Origin: an uncultured Actinomycetes bacterium
Lineage (GTDB): Bacteria > Actinomycetota > Thermoleophilia > UBA2241
DNA: 13,767 nucleotides
Direction of reading: 5' to 3'
NCBI GenBank assembly: GCA_963709345.1
Contig: CAVPVX010000008.1
Coordinates: 1 to 13,767 of the forward strand
Shown piece by piece: positions 6,963 to 13,767 of the stretch (positions are counted from its first letter, which is position 1; the number at the start of each line of letters is the position of its first letter). The notes under the pieces were generated by a model, which did no database searches, was not told where the DNA came from, and saw only the letters and a program-made list of their open reading frames with translations. The translations under genes and the position numbers were made by a program.

Positions 6963-8039
6963 ATGCATCTGACCGTCGGGCAAGCCGCCCGGACGCTCGG
7001 CGTGACGCCGAACACCGTCCGCCGCTGGACGGCGACGGGGTTTCTCCCGTGCGAGCACGCTGCCGGCGGCCACCGGCGCATCGCACGGGACGACATCGAT
7101 GAGTTGAGAAGAGCCATCGGGGAAAGCGGCCGGCTTCAGGCGCAACTGGCACGCGAGCGGGAAGTCGACACACTGGCGCAAGTGCTCATCGACCTGGCCG
7201 GCATGCTCGACCGGCAGGAGCTCCTCGCGACGATCGCCCGTCACGTCACGCGCCTCTGCGACTGCAGTACGTGTGCGATCAGCGGCTACGATGCGGCCGC
7301 CGGAAGTGTGCACGTCCTCGCGGAGTACGACGCGAGCGGGCAGCGCCTGCCGTCGACCACGGCCGTCGACATCGAGGACTACCCGCTCACGCGCCGTGTG
7401 CTGGAAAGGGGGGAGACCGTCGTCGTCAATGTGGATGACCGCGACGCCGACCCCGCCGAGGTCCGACTGCTGCGCCGCTACGAGGATCAGAGCGTGCTCA
7501 TCGTGCCGCTTGTCGTCGGCGATGATGCGATCGGCATTCTGGAGGCAGTCGACTCGGACCGGCCTCGCTTCTACTCCCCGCAGGAGTTGCGCCTCATGAG
7601 AGCGCTGGCCGGCAGCGCCGCGGTCGCCATACGCAACGTTGAGATGTACCGCGACGCGATGCGCGCCGGCGACGCAGCTGTCGTTCTTCCGACGCGGCTG
7701 AAAGACCTCGCCGACCGCATCGCCGACCCCGGCGACCTGCGCGAGCAGGCGGATTGGCCGGGCCCCGTCGCGCGACTCGCCTGCGACCTCTTCGCGGCGC
7801 ACTCATGCCTCATCGTCCGCGACAGCCAGGTCGTCGGCGCCGCCGTCGCAGCGGTATCGGCCGGCGAGCGAGGGGTGAGCCCGGCGTCCGACGGGCGTGA
7901 CGCCGCGAGCGTGCTGACGAGCGCTCGCACCGGGCCGGTCGGGGCATACGCACTGACCGTCACCCTGCTTCGTCCCGCCGAGCCCGGCGAGGGAGAGCTC
8001 CTCGACTTGCTCGCCGCGTTCGCCGCCGGGCTGGGCTGA
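6963..8039 (+). CDS. DNA-binding protein with MerR/excisionase-like HTH plus GAF domain, 358 aa
   Basis: MHLTVGQAARTLGVTPNTVRRWTATGFLPCEHAAGGHRRI is a MerR-like HTH. GAF motifs follow (SVLIVPLVVGDDAIGILEAVDSDRPRFYSPQELRLMRALAGSAAVAIRN). The first 98 codons of ORF 6669..8039 look non-coding. Confidence 0.82.
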   Translation: MHLTVGQAARTLGVTPNTVRRWTATGFLPCEHAAGGHRRIARDDIDELRRAIGESGRLQAQLAREREVDTLAQVLIDLAGMLDRQELLATIARHVTRLCDCSTCAISGYDAAAGSVHVLAEYDASGQRLPSTTAVDIEDYPLTRRVLERGETVVVNVDDRDADPAEVRLLRRYEDQSVLIVPLVVGDDAIGILEAVDSDRPRFYSPQELRLMRALAGSAAVAIRNVEMYRDAMRAGDAAVVLPTRLKDLADRIADPGDLREQADWPGPVARLACDLFAAHSCLIVRDSQVVGAAVAAVSAGERGVSPASDGRDAASVLTSARTGPVGAYALTVTLLRPAEPGEGELLDLLAAFAAGLG

Positions 8040-8257
8040 CGGCCGACCACATTCGCCTGCAGCGCAACCCGGCCGATTTCTCCACGACGCGGATCCACCC
8101 GTGGCAGGGTAGTCCTTACGTCGTCCGCGGATCGATTGTCCACCAGGCGCGTGTGCACCCGGACGCGCGAGGCTGCAGGCTTCACAGCGCCGCTCGACCC
8201 CACAAAGAGGAGCCCACATATCCAGAGCCGCCGACTCCGGCACCGAAGGCCGCACGG

Positions 8258-9155
8258 GCCACCCCGTCCTCGCTCGGCTACCGCATGCCGGCCGAATGGG
8301 AGCCGCACGAGCGCTACATCATGGGCTGGCCCACCCGGATCCGCATCCGCTCCGTCTGGGGCGAGCACTACGTGCGGGCGATGGCGAACCACGCGGCCGC
8401 GACATCGAGGTCGTCTAGATGCCGATCGACGACTCGTGGCTCCGCGACAGCTGGCCGATCTTCGTCACGCGCCCTGACGGCACGCTCGCCGTCAGCGACT
8501 ACGCCTTCAACTCCCGGGGCGAGAAGTGCCCACCCTACGACAACGATGCCGCCGTCGGCCGCCGGCTCGCCGAGCACTTCGGCGTGGAGCGCTTCGCCGC
8601 CCCGATGGTCCTCGGGGAGGCGGCATCACCATCGACGGCGAGAGCACGCTGGTCACCACTGGGAGCTGCCTGCTGCATCCTTCGCGCAACCCCGGGCCAA
8701 CCGAGGATGAGATGACGCGGATACTCAAGGACTACCTCGGTGCGGAGAAGGTCATCTGGCTCATCTCAGGACTGGGCCTTGACAAGGACCCCGACACCGA
8801 CTGGCATGTGGACGGCGTGGGCGCGTTCGTCGGCCCCGGCAGGGTGCTGCTTCACAGGGTTCGTGACCCGCAGCACCCCGACTTCGAGAACCCGGCGGAG
8901 AACCGCCGCCGGCTGCATATCGCCGACGCCCGCGGCCGGGACCTCGAGGTGACCGGGTTCGCCCGGCGGAGCGCGCCGGTGCTCATCGGCGACATGCCGA
9001 TCGTCGAGACCTACCTCGACTCGTACTTCGCCAACGGCGCGCTGATCGTGCCCTTCGACGGCAACGGGGACGACGACCTCGCCGCCTCAGACGCCCTGCG
9101 TGAGATCGTGCCCGGGCACGAGGTCGTCGGCGTGCCGTGCCCGGTCATCGGCTAC
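8258..9155 (+). pseudogene. aguA: Decayed agmatine deiminase / peptidylarginine deiminase family gene
   Basis: Family motifs lie in three frames: GYRMPAEWEPHE...WP, then DIEVV*MPIDDSWLRDSWP, then GGGITIDGE...RNP...TDWHVD...YFANGALIVP. Lesions: internal deletion with frameshift near 8400, TAG at 8416..8418, 1-nt deletion near 8614 destroying EGG, and loss of the C-terminal GGGxxHC catalytic-Cys motif after 9155. Confidence 0.85.
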
Positions 9156-9183
9156 AGCCGCCTCCCCGTCCGATCCGCCGAGA

Positions 9184-10647
9184 TCAGTCCATCTCATCCC
9201 GGCGCCACAGCGTGACGCCCTTCGGCATCGAGATACCGAGGCAGCGCCGCAGCGCGCGCGAGACCGGGTCGGGCCTGCGACCCTCGTCCTCCATCACCTC
9301 ACAGCGCTCGATGGCGCTGCGCACCGCGCGCGCGCCGACCGAGCGGATGGGCTCCGGCGGCAGGTAGGTCGGCGGCTCCGAGACCAGCGGCGACTGCGCG
9401 AAGTCGTCGTCGAGCCCCAGGACGACCGAGGCCAGGGTGCGGCCGATGAGGTTGGAGGCTGAGACGCCGTTGCCGGAGTAGCCCAGGCCATAGTGGACGT
9501 TGCGGTACGCGCCCAGGGTGCCGACCCAGGGAATGCCGTGCTGAGTGCGCTCGAGGGGCCCGCCCCAGCGCCACTCGACCGCGAGGTCGCGAGTGGCCGG
9601 CAGCATCCCGCGCATGTCCGCGACGACGCCCTCTATCTCGCGGAGATCGTGGAAGTGGGCGGGGATGATGCGGCCGCCGTAGCCGAGGCGGCCGCCACCG
9701 CGGCCGAAGACGACGCGGTCGTCGGCCGTGCGCTGGGCGTAGTGCACGGCGGTGCGCCCGTCCGAGAAGGGACGGCCATGCACCCAGCCCAGGCGGTCCA
9801 GAGCCTCCTGCGAGCTCGCCGTCGCGACCACGTGCGAGGGGATGATGAAGATGGTTCGGCGCAGCTCCGGCACCAGGCCGAGCCGGGCGCCGGAGGCGAG
9901 GACCACCCTGTCGGCGGTAACGCTCCCGGACGGGGTCTTGACGACGGCGGGCAGCGTGCGCTGCAGGCCGGCCATCGGCGTTGCCTCGTAGACGCGCACG
10001 CCGGCCGCGACGACCAGCCGGCGCAGGCCCTGCACCAGCAACGCCGGCTGGACGCTGCCGGCCTGCAGGATCAGCGCCCCGGCCTCGGCCGCCGGCGACC
10101 CCGACAAGGCACGGGCCTCGTCCCCGTCGAGGACGCGGAAGAGGTCGTCGCGACCGAGCTTGCGGGCCAGAAGAGCAGGCTCGAGGATGCCGTCGACCTG
10201 GGCCGGGGAAAGCGCCACGGTCAGGCCGCCCGTGAACGAGAGGTCGCAGTCGATGTCGCCGTCCCGTACCGTCTCGCGGATGTCGTCGAGGCTGCGCCGG
10301 GAGGCGTCGACCAGCCACAGCCCGGCGTCGCGGCCGAACCGTGAGATGAGCGCGGGCATGATGTCGTCCCAGCCGTTCACCCAACCGCCGTTGCGCCCGC
10401 TGGCGCCGGCTCCGCAGTACTCGCGCTCGATGAGCACGACATCCGTCCCGGGTGAGAGTCGCTTCACGGACAGGGCGGTCCACAGGCCGGTGAACCCGCC
10501 GCCGACGATGCACACGTCGGCGCGTTCGGTGGTCGTCAGCGGCAAGATGTCGACCGTATTCCAGCGCGGGTCGCCACCTTGCCAGAAGACTGCAGCGCGT
10601 GTCGCGTCGCCGTTCCACGCCCTCGCCTGGCTCATCCGGTCCACCAT
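9184..10647 (-). CDS. FAD-dependent oxidoreductase, DAO/glycine oxidase family (PuuB-like), 487 aa
   Basis: Motifs ADVCIVGGGFTGLWTA, GAGASGRNGG, VQPALLVQGL, WGGP, GYSGNGV. ATG 10647 has GGAGG 8 nt upstream; an alternative ATG is at 10635. Confidence 0.9.
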   Translation of the reverse strand: MVDRMSQARAWNGDATRAAVFWQGGDPRWNTVDILPLTTTERADVCIVGGGFTGLWTALSVKRLSPGTDVVLIEREYCGAGASGRNGGWVNGWDDIMPALISRFGRDAGLWLVDASRRSLDDIRETVRDGDIDCDLSFTGGLTVALSPAQVDGILEPALLARKLGRDDLFRVLDGDEARALSGSPAAEAGALILQAGSVQPALLVQGLRRLVVAAGVRVYEATPMAGLQRTLPAVVKTPSGSVTADRVVLASGARLGLVPELRRTIFIIPSHVVATASSQEALDRLGWVHGRPFSDGRTAVHYAQRTADDRVVFGRGGGRLGYGGRIIPAHFHDLREIEGVVADMRGMLPATRDLAVEWRWGGPLERTQHGIPWVGTLGAYRNVHYGLGYSGNGVSASNLIGRTLASVVLGLDDDFAQSPLVSEPPTYLPPEPIRSVGARAVRSAIERCEVMEDEGRRPDPVSRALRRCLGISMPKGVTLWRRDEMD

Positions 10648-10688
10648 CTTCGCTCCCTCCTTCGGCCGCCTCGCAGGTCGTCGCCGCG

Positions 10689-11276
10689 CTAGACCCAGAA
10701 CCCGGGCGGCTCGGCGAGTTCGGGATGCTCCCGCTCGAAGGCGAGAGCCGCCTCGAGCGTCCGCACCCAGTCGTAGTAGACGCCCTTGCAGTGGACGAGC
10801 TCGACGCCGAGATCGCGCAGGCGGGCGAGGCCGTAGGCCTGCGCGCCCGCCGGCGTGAAAACGGCGTCGGCGGCCACCACGACGCGATAGCCGGCCTCTG
10901 CGAGGCCGGCGGCTGAGTGCGTCACGCAGACGTCGGTCTCGAAGCCGCAGAGGACGGCCGTCCGGCGGCCGGTAGCCTTGATCGCCGCCCTGATGTCCGG
11001 GCAAGCGGCAAGATCGAAGACCGGCTTGGTGAACACCGGCGCCCTGCGGCCGACGGCGAGCAGCACGCCCCCCGCCGTCGGCCCGTTGCGCGCAGGGTCC
11101 TCCTCGGTCAGCACAGCCGGCACGCCCAGGGCGATCGCCGTCCCCGCCAGCCACGAGGCACGAGCGGCCGCCACACCGACCTGCGCCGCGTCAGCCTTGT
11201 CCAGCCTGTCGTTCCAGAACTCGGGCTGCAGATCGATGACGATGAGGATGGAATCGTCGCGTTCGATCAGCGGCAT
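10689..11276 (-). CDS. Isochorismatase-family cysteine hydrolase, 195 aa, ending in TAG
   Basis: ILIVIDLQ, FTKPVF and LCGFETDVCV supply the Asp-Lys-Cys triad. ATG 11276 has GGAGG at 11286..11282. Confidence 0.88.
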   Translation of the reverse strand: MPLIERDDSILIVIDLQPEFWNDRLDKADAAQVGVAAARASWLAGTAIALGVPAVLTEEDPARNGPTAGGVLLAVGRRAPVFTKPVFDLAACPDIRAAIKATGRRTAVLCGFETDVCVTHSAAGLAEAGYRVVVAADAVFTPAGAQAYGLARLRDLGVELVHCKGVYYDWVRTLEAALAFEREHPELAEPPGFWV

Positions 11277-11609
11277 GGTCGCCTCCGGTGACGTGGACGG
11301 GTCTGCCGGCGGCCGGAATCGCCCGCCGGCGGCTGCCCGCACGATACCACCACCCGCCAAGATCCCGAACGACCACAAGTTGGGCGAACTTCGCACCATC
11401 GCCGAGCCGCCAGAGACGGATTGCTCGGCGAAGTTGGGCGTGCGAGCCATTGACGCTTTACTCGCGGGCTCCCCGCCCTTACGCTCGAGATCTGCGAGCG
11501 GCGGGACGCTCCAGCGACCACGCCTGCGGAGGGCCGGGCGGCCCTACGTCTGTCCGCCTCACCCGCCGTCTCGTCACCTACAGACGCTTGTGGCAGCGGA
11601 GGTTCTCCA

Positions 11610-13081
11610 GTGAAGCGAAATCTGCACGCCGGGCGCCCCAGCTCCGGTGGGCTCAGCCTGAAGGTGTTCACGGAGGCCGAGCTCGACGACATCCATCTGG
11701 GCTCGCTCGAGGTCCTCGAACGCACGGGGATGTGGGTCGAGGCCGACGATGCGCTCGACATCTACAGCGATGGCGGCTGCCTCGTCGACCGCGAGACGCG
11801 TATGGTGCGCATCCCGCCTTATCTTGTGGAGGATGCGCTCCGCTCCTGCCCGCCCAAGAGCTATCTCTGTGGCCGCGACCCGGAGCAGGACATCGTCCTC
11901 GAGGGCGGCCGTGTCTACGTCTCCAACTTCGACGAAGGCATCATGCTCGTCGACACGCGCACCGGCGAGTACCGCCACCCGGTGTTACAGGACGTGCACG
12001 AGGCCGCACGGCTGGTCGACGCGCTGAGCGACATCGACACCTACGAGTCCGCCGTGCACCCGGGCGACGTCCCGGAGGCGACGGCGAGCCTCCACAAGTG
12101 GGAGGCGGCCATCCTGAACACCGGGAAGCCGGTGGGCACCGAGGCGACCAGCGCCTACGACTGCCGCAAGCTCATCGAGATGGCCACGGTGGTCGCGGGC
12201 GGCGAGGACGCGTTCCGCCACCGCCCGCTCATCGGCTTCGGCGTCTGCCCAGTGAGCCCGCTCAAGCTGCCGCGTGACGCCAGCGAGGTGATCATCGAGT
12301 CGGCGCGCGCCTGGTGCCCGGACACGATCCTCAGCATGGCGATGTCCGGAGGATCCTCCCCGGTCACCCTCGCCGGCACGCTCGTGCTGCACAACGCCGA
12401 GGTCCTCGCGGGCATCGTCCTCGCGCAGCTGGTCGAGCGCCGGCTGCCCCGTCACGTACGGCTCGTCGACTACGGCGATCGACCTGAAGCTGGCGGCGGC
12501 GTGCGTGGGCTCGCCCGAGCTCGCCCTGTTCAGCGCCGCCTGCGCCCAGATCGCTCGCCGCTACCTGCTTCCGAGCTTCGTGGCCGGGTTGTAGGCGGAT
12601 TCCAAGCTCGGTGACGCGCAGACCGGTCACGAGAAGACCCTCACCGGACTCCTTCCTGCGTTGGCAGGCGCCAACCCGAATCTACGGGGCGGGGATGGTC
12701 GATCAGGGCGTCACCTTCGACCTTGGCCAACTGGTCATGGACAACGAGATCGCGCGGATGATCAAGTTCGTCGTCGCCGGCATCTCGGTCACAGACGAGA
12801 CCATGGCGGTAGACGACATCGCCAAGGTCGGCGCGTTCGGCGACTTCCTCTCGCTCGACGCCACGCTCAAGCACATGCGCGAGCTCAGCCAGCCGGAGGT
12901 CCTCGACCGGCGCGTGCGCGAGGACTGGGAGAGCAGGGGCGCGACAGACCTCGCCGCGCGGACGCGCGCCCGGGCGCTGGAGCTTGTGGAGTCGCACCAG
13001 CCCCTGCCCATCGACCCCGACGTCGCCGAGCAGGTGCACCGCATCATTGAAGCTGCCGACCGTGAGAAAGGCGTGGCATGA
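11610..13081 (+). CDS. mttB: Second Pyl-type MttB (about 489 aa when repaired; TAG at 12592..12594, codon 328) interrupted by two +1 frameshifts (pseudogene or sequencing errors)
   Basis: GTG start with GGAGG at 11598..11602; colinear with mttB 2911..4395. After an extra C near 12441 the frame reads [26 protein letters not shown]...[38 protein letters not shown]. After an extra base near 12679 it reads [23 protein letters not shown] to TGA at 13081. Confidence 0.88.
12592..12594 (+). other. In-frame amber codon, predicted pyrrolysine site of the second MttB
   Basis: GTG GCC GGG TTG TAG GCG GAT TCC AAG = VAGL-O-ADSK. Confidence 0.88.
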
Positions 13082-13704
13082 ACGACCAGCTCAAGCAGGC
13101 CATCATCGCCGGCGACGCCGATGTGGCCACCGCACTCACCACGGCGCTCCTCGCCACCGGGGCCACGGCGCGGGAGATCCTCGACTCCGCCCTGCTCCCC
13201 GGCATGGAGGTCGTCGGCACGCGCATGCGTGACGGCGAGTGCTTCATCCCCGAGGTGCTGCTCTCCGCCCGCGTCATGCAGGCCTGCCTCGACCTGCTGC
13301 GCCCGCACATGGCCGCCGGCGACGAGGCCGGCGGCGGCGTGGTCGTGATCGGCACCGTCGAGGGCGACCTGCACGACATCGGCAAGAACCTCGTCGGCAT
13401 GCTCCTGCAGGGGGCCGGGTTCACGGTCGTCAACCTCGGCACCGGGGTGACGGCGGCCGACTTCGTCGCCGCCGTCAAGGAGCACTCGCCGAAGATCATC
13501 GGCATGAGCGCCCTGCTCACGACCACCCTGCCGCACATGGCCGAGACGATCGCCGCGCTCAAGGCCGAGAGCCTGCGCGACTCCGTCAAGGTGATGGTCG
13601 GCGGCGCCCCGGTGACCGCCGCCTACGCCGACGAGATCGGCGCCGACGGCTACGGCGCCAACGCCGGCATGGCGGTGGAGCGGGCGAAGGAGCTGGTGGG
13701 GTAA
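13078..13704 (+). CDS. Methyltransferase cognate corrinoid (B12-binding) protein, MttC/MtbC family, 208 aa
   Basis: Cap domain (LLPGMEVVG...FIPEVLLSARVM), DxHxxG motif (GTVEGDLHDIGKNLV), SALLTTT, VMVGGAPVT, IGADGY. ATGA overlap with the mttB stop. Confidence 0.95.
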   Translation: MNDQLKQAIIAGDADVATALTTALLATGATAREILDSALLPGMEVVGTRMRDGECFIPEVLLSARVMQACLDLLRPHMAAGDEAGGGVVVIGTVEGDLHDIGKNLVGMLLQGAGFTVVNLGTGVTAADFVAAVKEHSPKIIGMSALLTTTLPHMAETIAALKAESLRDSVKVMVGGAPVTAAYADEIGADGYGANAGMAVERAKELVG

Positions 13705-13731
13705 GCTGGGGGAAGCGGCCCGGAGGTGCCC

Positions 13732-13767
13732 ATGACGACCATAGACCGCGACCGCCTCGCGGCGCTC
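13732..13767 (+). CDS. 5' end of a gene running off the window (MTTIDRDRLAAL...), possibly a class-III aminotransferase
   Basis: GGAGGT RBS at 13722..13727 and ATG at 13732. Similar to the partial gene at 1..40. Confidence 0.45.
   Translation, partial: MTTIDRDRLAAL

Noticed and set aside
6963-8039. CarH/LitR-type B12-dependent regulator or phage excisionase
   Set aside because: There is no B12-binding His motif after the HTH (a GAF domain follows instead), and no integrase or att-like context.
8416-8418. In-frame TAG in the agmatine deiminase as a fourth pyrrolysine site
   Set aside because: It lies in a gene with several other lesions, at a non-catalytic position most simply explained as GAG to TAG, and it lacks the TTG-TAG-G context.
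10648-11154. 169-aa N-terminal extension of the FAD oxidoreductase (and similar extensions on ORFs 1493..3487, 6669..8039 and 10689..11450)
   Set aside because: The extensions overlap neighbouring genes or intergenic DNA and lack family similarity. Internal starts match the domain boundaries, and most have an RBS.
12430-12690. Programmed ribosomal frameshifting in the second mttB
   Set aside because: No recognisable slippery site, two shifts plus amber read-through would be required, and the paralogue is uninterrupted.
1-13767. CRISPR array, IS element, rRNA or tRNA
   Set aside because: No regularly spaced repeats, transposase or integrase motifs, or structural RNA signatures were seen.

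Overview
High-GC bacterial window (Actinomycetota-like by composition and RBS style; this is inference) holding a corrinoid-dependent methylamine methyltransferase cluster that appears to use pyrrolysine (Pyl). Three methyltransferase genes that the ORF track splits in two are single genes with an in-frame amber codon (TAG) at the family-conserved Pyl site: mtbB (87..1475, -), mttB (2911..4395, -) and a second mttB (11610..13081, +), which also carries two +1 frameshifts. The window also has two non-Pyl MttB-superfamily paralogues, a corrinoid protein, a BetI-like TetR regulator, an HTH-GAF regulator, a decayed agmatine deiminase, a DAO/PuuB-like FAD oxidoreductase and an isochorismatase-family hydrolase. 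Both window edges start near-identical N-termini (IDRDRLA-x-L), giving two outward-pointing arms that each begin with a Pyl-mttB. All three sense ambers share the context GG(G/C)-TTG-TAG-G and have a hairpin starting 64-66 nt downstream, whereas the one TAG that looks like a true stop has a different context. No pylTSBCD genes were recognised in the window.
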